Shown here in pieces: positions 1 through 12,724 of a stretch of DNA of 64,000 nt. Origin of the DNA: Laetmonice hystrix. Taxonomy: Eukaryota. The position numbers and the translations under genes are program-made. The stretch's first letter is position 1. Every line of letters begins with the position of its first letter. The stretch covers positions 52,764,001 to 52,828,000 of the forward strand of contig OZ249436.1 of assembly GCA_965235115.1 (NCBI GenBank). The letters are read 5' to 3'. The notes below the pieces were generated by a model that worked only from the letters and a program-made list of their open reading frames with translations, did no database searches and was not told the DNA's origin.

Positions 1-447
1 TCAATAAGTTTCCACACAATCATAAGAGCATCACTTTTCCGAAATAATGTCCTATGCACTGTTCCGTTTCCACCATCTCAGTTTCTATGCCACTCGGATT
101 TAATTAACTACGTCCATCCGAAAAATAGCGATAGCGAGCCCCCCCCCCTCCAGGATTTCAGAAGTGTAGGGTAATGTGTTAAGGTGCATGTTTTGCAACC
201 AACAAGTGCCTGTGGCAAAGAGGCAAGGTACAAAGTGTTATCGAGGGTACTCTGGGTTATAACCCAGAAGAAACATTTTTTTTAGAAAGGGAAACTAAAG
301 TTTTCTATTCTTTTCCGTCCTGAAATGGATGCGATGGATTGATACTATGTACTGTTTATAGATCTACAGATCCATCATCTCAAAGGATTATTTGATAACC
401 TAATTCCGTTGTAAATGATTCCCAGACCATTATTTGTAGTCAGTCGA

Positions 448-1702
448 ATGTCTAACCAAGTCATCCATGCAGTCGGGGGCATACATTGCATTCGTTGCTA
501 TTAAAACTTTTACTCCTTCATGAACAAAAAAATGATTTTCAAGTGATTTATTAACCATCGGGTATAATTTATTGAACTCCTATATAAAAGTAAGCAAGAT
601 CTGTGTGGTAAATAGAGTAGGTGAAAATAGGTCAGTAGACGCACTCCTCTAATAAATTCTTGTTCTATTAATACCAGGTGGTGGTGTCCATGTTTGTTTA
701 TCACACCTCACGCCGGTGACTCTGTTACGCCAGGCAGTCAATTACAGTCAACAGTTTTACCTGTGGACAGTATGACACCGCCATATATTTGGTTGTAGCA
801 CTTTGACTTTATTTGAACAGACAGGACGGTGGAAATGGTGTGTTGATTAATTTGAAAGACGGTTCTACCTGGGGAACCTTCTGATGTTTAAGTCGGTGTT
901 CACTTATATTGCTTGGTGATAAAGAACCCACTAAAGTACAGCCATGTAGGCAATTGGCTTTGGAGGTGAAACCCTAATTTGTATATAATTGACTGTAATT
1001 ATGTGGATCGTGACGCTGGGTGACAACTGTCGTATGCAGAACGTCGGTGTCACGTGCCTCATTGTCCATGTTACCATGATTTTATCATTTTTATTAATAT
1101 CTTGTAATAAAATCGACTTGCAGGAAGAAACTATGGATGGTCGCCCCATTTTTAGTCCTCCAGACGGAATCTACACATCCAAGGCTTTGGTGGTCGTCTG
1201 TAAAATGTTTTTATCTTACTGAAACAATGTGGTTGTGTGTGACACCACTCTGGAGGTCCAGCTTGACCTCCACACTATATAAAGCCACGAAACCACTGGT
1301 CACATGTACAGTGAACGGTCACGTCTGAAAGTATCGCTTAGATAGACTCGGGTCTGTCTCCCATGAACTGGCTGATGGGTCGGAAGGAGCTTGCATGGGT
1401 CCACGTTCGGTCGTAGTCTGGCAACACGTGCTGATGGTTCAAACACTGACAGTATGATGAGTCGCAAAGTGTCCACTTGGAGCCGGGAGGGTGCAAGGCT
1501 GAGAAAAGTGCGACATGACTCTTCTAAAGGGATGTAGCAATACAACCCGTTCCCCGTCAGTGGGTCGATCTGTGGCATAGTTCCGTATGGCGGCTACCAT
1601 TGGGTTATCACGTGTTGTCTCAGACGCCAGATCTTCGAACGGTAGGATGAACGGATCTAGTCGACTAAGACCAAGTTCACTTTTTCTTTTTTTCTTTTCC
1701 TT

Positions 1703-1748
<46 letters not shown>

Positions 1749-1860
1749 ATCTCCCTCTTTTCCCCCTCTCTCTCTATACCTGGCTTATGTATTCTCATTT
1801 TTACTGGTTCGTGGCCTTCATACATCTGAACTTGTTTTTAAATTGATGGGGACCCCCCCC

Positions 1861-1899
<39 letters not shown>

Positions 1900-4805
1900 T
1901 GAAGATACGTGCATCGACCCTCTCCACGCTATGGTAAATTGACGGACCATCATATAAAAGAAAAAAGCCGATGCGACCCTTAGACAAAAAGGTGATTATT
2001 CAAATAAAATGATTTATTTTGCCAAAATTAAAGCATGGTGCTCGAGAGCACGCCCGGCTGGCTCCAACCAGGCCACAAGCACCCTCATCCCTCGAGACGG
2101 CAAGGCCAGACGGCGCCAGTCAGCCCAACTGGCCTTTTTATAATTCTGTGGTTCTGCGCGGTTGGCAGATACTGCTTACTCAGCGTTTACAGACAAATCT
2201 TAAGGCCATTATTCCTCCCTGTTTAATTGAAACTATTTATTCCAGAGTTGGTACGTTGTCCTTACTCAGCATTGGAGAAATTTATGAGCACCCTCCAGGA
2301 CAACCATCTTGGTAGTTTTGCCTCTTTAGCCACGGAGACGGCGTCACCATCAGGCAATGGCAAGGAAGGCCTGATTCAGCGGTTTGGTGTCTCATGATAT
2401 ATTTATACGTTGGAGGCGCCCGGTTTGGCTTCTAGGAGAAAAGGATGTCTCCTGAGTGAATTATATCGATCAACCACACAATATAAAAAGCTTTTTCCAT
2501 TTGGATTTAAGTTACGTTTTTATTCAAAATCGATATTTGTATATCATTGTATCACGCATATATTTTTGTCTTTCATAATAGCAGTAACAGCAGTGATTCG
2601 GACAGGAGTATTTTATTGGACCATTGGTAGATCGGTTTTGTTTGATCTTGAGATCAAGAAGCTTTACTTATAAACATATCTGACGGAAAGAATAATATGA
2701 GCTTTGCCTGGTCCATCTTTTCTGCCTGTGTGTCGCCCCTTATCTGCGAAAATATTGCCACTTCCTATCAGGATCGCATGCAAATCCCGGTCCTCTCTGG
2801 CCATCCCCAAGTTGTGCCGTCAAACTGTTGTCTAGACTTGCAGTAGGCAGCGCTATAACTGCTTTTCAAAGCATATTCCTACCAAGAGACGACATGACCT
2901 AAACTGCTATTAAAAAGATGGTCCTTTGCCTTGGATTCCCTTCCAACAGATTTTAATTTTAACCCCCCCCCCCCGGTCGATTAAATGCATAGGTATTGAT
3001 TTTGCTGCCGGAAATTGCAGGAGAGCAGACGATCCAAGAAAAATCCAAAATGTTATTGATTCAACCGTTAAGTCACCAGGTGGCGCCACCCTTTAACTGA
3101 AGGCGTCGCCATGCTCAAGCTTATGTACACGTACACACCAAAATATTGAATTGGTGTACTGTCACTGAATTCAATGTAAAGCATTGACCAAGATATGTGT
3201 ATACAATCCCACGCCTTCTAAAACTCCGGTTGTGTCCAATTCAGAACAGCTGTGTAGTCTATAGCTTCGTCGGTCTGAACGAATGCCAAGGCCTGTAATT
3301 TCCTGGGAAATACGAAGTGGTTTCTCCATTTTGTCGGGGGGGGGGGGGTCATGTGCCATGTTGGAGTTATAATCGATCATTTAGTATCACCGCTGTTTTT
3401 TGCCGGAAGGAATCACATGGGAACAGTCAGAAACCGACCGAACATCAGCCTCCCTGTGACTTGGACCAAGGATTCTCCATCGGATCTGTACAGATGTGAA
3501 ACGGGCCTGGTCTAGGAGTAACTCTGTCATTGTCCCCGTCGAAAGGGGCCATGTCTAACCAAGTCATCCATGCAGTCAGGGGCATACATTGCATTAGTTG
3601 CTATTAAAACTTTTACTCCTTCATGAACAAAAAATATTCAAGTGATTTATTAACCATCGGATATAATTTATTGAACTCCTATATAAAAGTAAGCAAGATA
3701 TTTGTGGTAAATAGAGTAGGTGAAAGTAGGCCAGTAGACGCACTCCTCTAATAAATTCTTGTGCTATTAATACCAGGTGGTGGTGCAAATTGTCCAGGTT
3801 TGTTTATCACACCTCACGCCGGTGACTCTGTACGCCAGGCAGTCAATTACAGTCAACAGTTTTACCTGTGGACAGTATGACACCGCCATACATTTGGTTG
3901 TAGCACTTTGACTTTATTTGAACAGACAGGACGGTAGAAATGGTGTGTTGATTAATTTGAAATACGGTTCTACCTGGGAAACCTTCTGATGTTTAAGTCG
4001 GTGTTCACTTATATTGCTTGGTGATAAAGAACCCACTAAAGTACAGCCATGTAGGCAATTGGCTTTGGAGGTGAAACCCTAATTTGTATATAATTGACTG
4101 TAATTATGTGAATCGTGACGCTGGGTGACAACTGTCGTATGCAGAACGTCGGTGTCACGTGCCTCATTGTCCATGTTACCATGATTTTATCATTTTTATT
4201 AATATCTTGTAATAAAATCGACTTGCAGGAAGAAACTATGGATGGTCGCCCCATTTTTAGTCCTCCAGACGGGATCCACACATCCAAGGCTTTTGTGGTT
4301 GTCTGTAAAATGTTTTTATCTTACTAAAACAATGTGGTTGTGTGGGACACCACTCTGGAGGTCCAGCTTGACCTCCACACTATATAAAGCCACGAAACCA
4401 CTGGTCACATGTAGAGTGAACGGTCACGTCTGAAAGTATCGCTTAGATAGACTCGGGTCTGTCTCCCATGAACTGGCTGATGGGTCGGAAGGAGCTTGCA
4501 TGGGTCCACGTTCGGTCGTAGTCTGGCAACACGTGCTGATGGTTCAAACACTGACAGTATGATGAGTCGCAAAGTGTCCACTTGGAGCCGGGGGGTGCAA
4601 GGCTGAGAAAAGTGCGACATGACTCTTCTAAAGGGATGTAGCAATACAACCCGTTCCCCGTCAGTGGGTCGATCTGTGGCATAGTTCCGTATGGCGGCTA
4701 CCATTGGGTTATCACGTGTTGTCTCAGACGCCAGATCTTCGAACGGTAGGATGAACGGATCTAGTCGACTAAGACCAAGTTCACTTTTTCTTTTTTCTTT
4801 TCTTT

Positions 4806-4862
<57 letters not shown>

Positions 4863-5814
4863 TTCTCCCTCTCTCTCTCTCTCTCCCTCTTCTCCCTCCC
4901 TCTCTCTCTCTCTCTCTCTCTCCGTCTCTCTCCCCCCTCTCGGGCCTCGGGTGGCCGAGTGGTCTAAGGTGTCGGCTCCATCATGACACCTAGGACCATC
5001 GCCTCACACCGCTGCGACCCGGGTTCGATTCCCGGCCTGGGCTGCATGTGTGAAAGGTTTGTCAGTCAGTTCCTTCCCGAAGGTCGGTGGTTTCCTCCGG
5101 GTACTCCGGTTTCCTCCACCAAGAAAAACTGACTTTCATCTCATCTTCACCGCCGTGATATGACCCTGGCTGTTGCAAGGCGTAAAACCCCAAATACCCC
5201 AAATACCCACTCTCCCCCCTCTCCCTCTTCTCCCTCTCTCTCTACACCTGGCTTATGTATTCTTATTTTTACTGGTTAGTCGTGGCATTCATACATCTGA
5301 ACTTGTTTTTAAATTGATGGGGATCCCCACACACAAACACACACACTCACTTTGAAGATACGTGCATCGACCCTCTCGACGCTATGGTAAATTGACGGAC
5401 CATCATATAAAAGATAAAAAGCCGATGCGACCCTTAGACAAAAACGTGTAATTTCCTGGGAAATACGAAGGGGTTTCTCCATTTTGTCGAGGGGGGAGCG
5501 TGCCCCCAATGCCCCCCGTTGGATCCGCCACTGAAACATATGTATATTGATGGGTATACGATTGTATGTGAAGTCAACGGTCGGGTCAGTGTATTTTTAT
5601 AGCTAGACGGACTGTGCCATGTTGGAGTTATAATCGATCATTTAGTAACACAGCTCTTTTTTGCTGGAAGGAATCACATGGGAACAGCCAGAAACCGACC
5701 GAACATCAGCCTCCCTGTGACTTGGACCAAGGTATCTCTATCGGATCCGTACAGATGTGAAACGGGCCTGGTCTAGGAGTCACTCTGTCATTGTCCCCGT
5801 CGAAAGGGGCCATG
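448..5814. repeat. Tandem segmental duplication: copy 1 ~448-3550, copy 2 ~3551-5814
   Basis: 448-1990 recurs near-identically at 3551-5443, and 3294-3554 recurs at 5447-5814. About 1.3 kb (~1994-3293) is present only in copy 1. The SINE and ~5497-5612 are present only in copy 2. ATGT microhomology at the boundaries. Confidence 0.92.
4942..5209 (+). mobile_element. tRNA-derived SINE with V-domain (V-SINE type), full length
   Basis: Pol III A box GTGGCCGAGTGG and B box GGTTCGATTCC; V-domain-like GGTGGTTTCCTCCGGGTACTCCGGTTTCCTCCACC; (CCCCAAATA) tail; 14-bp target site duplication CTCTCCCCCCTCTC at 4928-4941 and 5210-5223; absent from the paralogous site in copy 1. Confidence 0.9.
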
Positions 5815-6399
5815 TTTATTATGAAACCAAACACAAGTAAAGGATTGACTTTTCTACTCGATAGAACCTATACATTATACATGCAAAGTCCTGTGACGCA
5901 TGTAGTCATGTGACACATTAAGGCTTGTGACACATGCAGTGAAGTGGAATCTTTACATTTTACGAATATCTCTGGATATAAATTTACATTATTTCCAGCA
6001 TGGTAGCCTCTATGCTTACCTTAGGTATGCATTAAAGCAGTAAGCTGATCATCACAGCAGCGTCTTCGTCGTGTCCCAACAGGTGGCGACACATGTTGTA
6101 TGTGCTAAATACTGCACCAGGTGGCGTCATTCTCCAGAATATGAAAGGCTAGTCGTCAGTTTTTCCGCTTCCCTCCTGAGTAGGGTTTGACTTTTTTTAG
6201 CATTTTAACCAACGATAAATCGCTACTGGCACGTTCACATTACTCTTTTTGCAACTTACCTTAATAAATCTGTCCGTTTTGACTCACCACTTCATCAAGC
6301 TAACGCATTAACTCACCAGATGATAGGCTGATTCGGTAGATCATAAGATCTACAACCTGTTAAACCTACAAGAAAAGCTCAAACTATCAATATAAGCCT

Positions 6400-7560
6400 T
6401 TGTCGTCATGACGTCATAATGACGTCATTGGCATCTTCTAAGGCTTATACGTCCTAAATCATGCAAGATAGAGCCATAAAAAATTTTATTATTGAATACG
6501 AACACGCAGCGTGATGTATGACGTCATAATGATGTCATTGGCATATTCTAAGGAGTATAACTTGTAAACGGTGAAAGACGAAGCCATAGTTACTATTGAA
6601 CACGAATAGGAAGTTATACATGTATGCTCTTTCAATTGACACCAAGATTTATGACATAGCGTGACGTCTGACGTCATAATGACGTTAGATTTATTACGGA
6701 ACATGACGTCATACATCATAATCACGTCGTCGGTAGTTTCAGGGATATAATCCGGAGATAATGCAAGATAGAGCCAGAGTTACCATTGAACACGAATACG
6801 AAGTCATACATGCTCTTTCGACTGGCACTATTCGTCATTACTCTGATGGTGCATTCTGGGGGCATTTTGGCCATATTTCAAATTCTTAGAGCAATTACGG
6901 AGGCCATTGCAAGGAATATTCACATCAACTTGCTCATGCCCCAAGCGTAATATTAAGCAGATACTAGTATATTGGCACAACTGTGTAACATCAACAAGTA
7001 TGTCGCTTGTAAGGTTACCCCAAATTTTGAAAGCTAATATTGTGTCCACCCCCACCCCCCAATGTTGAAAACTAATATTGTGTTGTGCCCATATCTTGTA
7101 TCCAGTATAGCCTGTGATGTTGTGGTGCCCTATAATTTTAATGAGCAGCATGGACGAGCACACACCTTCTTTATTGCAGGTGAAATACAACTAGAGTGGC
7201 ATGTGTCGGGGGTACATTGGATCCCATCCTGTACATTACAGGAAAGGGCTGCATATTTATTTAGCCTATGTAGTAGGGGCATATTTATGTATTTTGTTAT
7301 GTGTGCCGTGCTATTCGTCCTCAATAGTAAATTTGGCTCTATTTTCAATATCGACGCGTTATTATGACATTATGACGCCATTATGACATCATACGTTGTG
7401 TTACGTCATACATATTGGTGTCATTTGAAAGCGACTTCCTATTTGAACCATGCCCCTATCTCTCGCCGTTTACGAGTTAGAGCCACTTGACGTATCTAGG
7501 TCAAGTACGGCATGAGTTATAATTCTTAGAAGATGCCAATGACGTCAAAATCATGGCTTC
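6400..7560. mobile_element. Degenerate non-autonomous element with TGACGTCA-rich inverted arms
   Basis: TGACGTCATTGGCATCTTCTAAG near 6420 is inverted at ~7525-7547. Many TGACGTCA palindromes and internally repeated blocks. Ends not resolved. Confidence 0.45.
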
Positions 7561-9687
7561 CTATAAGGATGTTTCAGGTATAGTTTTTTGCACAGTCGTT
7601 TGGCACCATACTGACAGCATTTGAGCAAAAAAAGGTTATTATACGAAAAGTCTGAGTTCGGCCAAAAATCTGTCAATTTGTACTGTACTATTTGGAGAAG
7701 TAGCAGACTATACGAGATTTCGTCCTCCGTGACTGATTCAGTTCGAAGCTAAACAAAATGGCGTCATTGCAGACGTCGAATCGAAGGACAGTTGCAACAA
7801 ACCAACCGTAAAGAGTAGGGTGAAGGGAAGTTCCTCAAACACACAGGTCGTATTTCATTTTATGTATTTCATACATGATTTAGAACAACCGGTTAAAGGA
7901 AAGTTAACCAGAAAGATATCAGACCGTTTTATAGAGGCAATAAAGGAATTTAATTAATATCCAAAACTCTTCATTAAAGAAATTATTTATCCTCACAACT
8001 GATAACTAGTGGCATATTTTATCGCACAATTTCCGTGTTGTTAAGGGAATAACTGGGGTAATTTATTTTTAACCCCCTTAAAACTATTATGTATAACTAT
8101 TAAAAGAAAGAAAACACCCGGTTTAATACAACTGGAAATTATGATTATGGCATAATCTATACGAATCATTAAAAATACGTATTTTTAATAGAATTTCAAA
8201 CCTTGCGGTAGGTCATTAATTCAAAGGTTAATAATATCAACATATTATGTTGACTCTGAAGAAGTCAAGGTTTTACCACGTCCTGCCCACTTATAAAACT
8301 ATTTTTCGGCGCCCCTTGTTTACCCCAACCCGACACAATGGTTTAGACTGGTTTATCAAAGGCCGGGCATGTTTCTCGTAATAAAGAACCCTTATCAAAA
8401 TTCGGAAGGCGTCATTTCTCCGTGTCCTTCGCCATCCATCACCACAAATTGACTGAATAAGTCGAACAAAAATTTATGTTTTGGAGAAGCTGCCAACAGG
8501 GCGCAAAGCAACCAATCACTCATCCACTGACAAGAGCAGAAGGTGTGGGGTTTGCACATAAACACAGAAGTGGCGGTATATCGATAGTGTAGGCCCTTTA
8601 TCGCCTTTTTAGGGGTAGACTACGAATCAGCACACATCGACACGGCGAATAATGGGATTTTTTTAAACAATGACATTTTACGTGCCAAGCGCCACAAAGC
8701 TCTATACATTACAAAGACGTTATCGCCATCCGGGGTGCGCGACACGTTACTACAGGAAACAATCTGGTTGCCACGTAACAACGTAAAAGAACTCTTTCCA
8801 CACCTCCCTTTTTAATGCCAGCCTTAAATGGTCAGCGAATATAAACCCCACCGGCAACGCAGGGTGAACTGGGTGGAGGGAACGTCAGCCGTTTGGAAGC
8901 CCTGCCATTAAGGTTGGAAAAACGTGTTTATATTGTGCACTGTAGGCATGTAAGCTGTCGTGGATAAAGCTGGATAGGGGAGTGGAGGGTAAGTTTTAGA
9001 GACGGTGTTCCCAGGGCGAAGCGACAGGTTGAATGGTCGGCAGACTGGTGGCCATTAGGTTACGTCTACGTCAAGACGCGGTCGTTTACAGCCTCCATCA
9101 AGCTTTCAGGTTGGTGCCAAATTTGTCTATAACTATTGAATATGTTGTGTAACGGGTCAGGGGTCTATCTTACTCAGGTCTGGTTATTATCGTTAAGTTT
9201 ACCTGGCCGTGAATGGGAGATCTCTGGTTAATGGGGCTGTTATTAGACTTTTATACGTTCCTATCAGTTTACGATATCGTTGCCAGACAGGCCCGAGATC
9301 TAGAAAAGGTGGTCTATTTGGGCCAAGTGCATGGAGAAAACAGGTATAGGGGGTAAAGACATATGGATTGATTTGTTAAGTTTGCTCTGTTATATTAGCA
9401 GTAAACCAAGAAATAACCGTGTAACCGTGGCGATCATCTCTGATCTTTCGAATTCAGTTACAGGCATTTGCCCCTAAATTGGATTTTTGGAGTATTCCAT
9501 TCGAATACTGTCAGGCTACAAACGTGTAGAGGACCTATTGCACCTATGATAGACCAGATAATTAGGTTGATTAAGGAATGATTAAGTCTGGAATGTACAT
9601 ACCTTTATCAAGGAGCCATGAACCCAGGACTGCATGCCTTGTCAAAGATATCGCCGTCAAAATATGTTGGTGCTTACAGGACTCTAA

Positions 9688-9849
9688 GGGGCCGTCCATA
9701 AATTACGAAACGCTATTCTGACCAAAATCTGGATCCCCACCCCATCGCATGGCTTTCAATGGAGCATTAGATCTATACTAGAACGTAACGCTTGGATATG
9801 CATACACTCCCATCCCCCCCTGAGCATTACGCAATTTATGGACGGCCCC
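9688..9849. mobile_element. MITE, PIF/Harbinger (Tourist)-like
   Basis: TIRs GGGGCCGTCCATAAATTACG / CGCAATTTATGGACGGCCCC; flanks TAA and TAT. Confidence 0.75.
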
Positions 9850-10234
9850 TATAACCTTCAGATTAACGGGAAACGTGTCCCTATCCCTTTGATATGAAGA
9901 GTTAAGTTTACGAATGGTTGACCATAGCGAGTGCAATCTACCAGTGTTACTTTTTGCCATATTAAACAGGTAAAGCCTGAGGTATAATATCTCGAAATCG
10001 TGTAATGCGAGAGGCTTTTCTGTTATTTGCGCATCAGTTTCAGTATGCACGCATTTTTGGGATCAGGTATAAAGTAGGGCTCCTCCTCCTCCTCCTCCTC
10101 CTCCTCCTCCCCGCCTCCTTTTTTCAAAGTATTGGGGGGGGGGGGGATCATGTCCCCTGTGCCGTTCCTTGTCCTTAATTCGCGCTGCTCTATGGAATAT
10201 TTGATTTATTGAAACCCTCCTGCAGGACCTCACG

Positions 10235-12649
10235 ATGAACGACAACCAGTGGTCCGGCCTGTTCTGCTCGTTCGTACTGTTACTAGCTGTGGTAGAATCG
10301 TTGCCACCGACAAAGCCAACCGTCTATGAAACCAAACCGGACACCGATGGCAACAAGGAAGCTCTCTACCGGATACGGGGCTTCATTCCGGATATAGATG
10401 ACGTCCAGCTCGAGGAACCGACGCTGGAAAGTCTACTGCTTAAACGTCGGCCAAGAAGTTCCGACTTGGTAAGGGTTTATTCTCCTTCTGTCAGCATGCA
10501 TGGCAGCACTAACACAACGGTAGTCTATAGTCGTAGAATGTGTTGTTAAGAGATTGGTAGGTACCAATCACAAGTCACCGAATAGTCCGCCCGGTCACAC
10601 AAGCGGCCGGTCTCGTTTTTTTTGACCGGTAGGTAGCTGACCGGCACGCCAGAAAGTCTGACATGTCAAACTTTTTTGGCCGGCCGGTGGAGCCCTGAAA
10701 TTGGCAGCCACGACAGGACGTGTTCCATGCAGCCATTGCACCAGCGTTTAGTGGGCCCGGTATGGCGTTAGGCCTATACGTTACAATATTCAATCGTTTT
10801 ATTTTTGATTCAGTCATCAATAATGACGGTCTAGGCGGTTTATAACATAGGCCTACAGTAGTGTAGGAAGGAAAAAAATATTGGGGGGGGGACAGCAGCC
10901 CCCTCTGCCCCCAGCTTCCTACGCCCCTGGCCTACTATTTAAATTGGCATAGCTAGGCTATTTTTAACTTTGGACATGAAATAAAATTATTGAATATTGC
11001 AACGTATAGACCTATAACCCCATAGACCGGGGCGTTATAGAGTAGGTAGTTTCGTCATTTGGCACTTTTTAATATTGTATGCAATGGCTACTTTAAAAGC
11101 CAATTTCGAAGTATCTGTTGCTAACATCCACACTATAAAGTTGAAAACCTAATATGTTTGATAATATAATATAACCTTAGTACAATATTTTTTGTTATGG
11201 TTCCCTTTAACAAGCCAGAAATGGCTAGACGGCTGGCGAGAGTCGGCTGACCGTTGTGGGCCAGTCGTGACGTAGTTGTCAGCCGCAATGATCATCTCCA
11301 TGCGCTCAGAAGGTGATGAAACCTCCTGTCTCTCACAGAGAATATAATGGTTTCCTCAGATTCCAAGATCTTAACCAGACTAGTCTAAGGTTTCCAGTTC
11401 CTACGTCTGGCCGTTTGACTATTGAACTTGCTCCATTGCCCTTAACTAATAATATAACGTAGCTAGTAGCTTTCCAAGTGATAAGTCAGTCAGGCTCCGA
11501 CACTCCTGCATACAAAAGGAGAGGACGCGCGTTTCTCAAATCGCCACTCACGAGAATGTTGCTGGAACATTCCCGTGCATTCCTCTATTGAACATGTCGC
11601 TAGATGACTGCCTGAATTCATGTAGGTTGAGGTAGGCAATTTCTACAGATGTGCCACCTTTTTCCTATATCAAATCGCTTTCCACGCGATTTGTTTTTAT
11701 TCGATAAAGCGTCAAAATCTTATATTTCTCGAGTGTACACAACATACATCCTTGACGACTACAATAGTAGGGGAGACCGGGGCACCACGAACACCTTAAT
11801 TTCATTGGCCATTTTCTACGGAGTTATTAAAGATAGAACCTCAGAACTGGTTTGGCCCAACACATCCTTAATACATACGTGTATTGAGAAAGTAAAAGCA
11901 ATATTTTTAAAAAAGGAAAACTCAAAATTGAATTTTAATTTTTTTGAGGAAGTGTTCATGGTGCCCCAGGCATGGGGCACCATGAACACAAGCTGGAGCA
12001 CCATGATCAAAAAAGCTGAAAAGACAATTAGGCCCCTACACATGTCTATACATGCAATTTTTGAGGGGGGGGGGGAATTAGTCATAGCAATGATAAAGTC
12101 CCCAAATCCAGGAGTGCAGTCTTCATGAGCCTAGTTCTGACACATAATTTATGCACTTCAGCCAGAAGAAAAAGGAAGCCTAACTCCGCCATTGAAGCTG
12201 GATTTCGAACGAAATGAACGTGTCCTAATCAATCAAATCAACAATATCGAAAACGTTATTACCCTATCTCTGCTCTGACAATCCGAGGTACCCTAGTCAT
12301 AATTCCCGTGGTTGAACCAGTATCCTGATGTGACACGTCACCTAGCGGTTGTAAACTGCAACTCGATCAAATGCTTCAGATAATGTAGAATTTCTACGTC
12401 GAACTGCCACTTTCAGGAAAATACACTATAACAAAGAAAGATATGTATCCTATACGATTTAGAAACCGAAAAGACGCCGAATGTCCACGGGACTTCTTTG
12501 GGGACACCTTGTCGTGGAAGTAGGACTTTAAAGTAGGACTGAAATAGGACTTATAAGTATCGTATCACCAATGTCTTATCGCTTAAGAATTTGAAGGGGG
12601 GTCTACAATTAGCATGATATAGTAGTAGTAGCACTACTACTACTACTAC

Positions 12650-12724
<75 letters not shown>

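Noticed and set aside
931..1829. Short ORFs in the duplicated block as a gene
   Set aside because: No recognisable domain; frames differ between the two copies through indels and stops. A decayed transposon or pseudogene cannot be excluded.
4942..5040. tRNA gene
   Set aside because: A and B boxes are too far apart for a normal cloverleaf and are followed by a V-domain, repeat tail and TSD: it is a SINE head.
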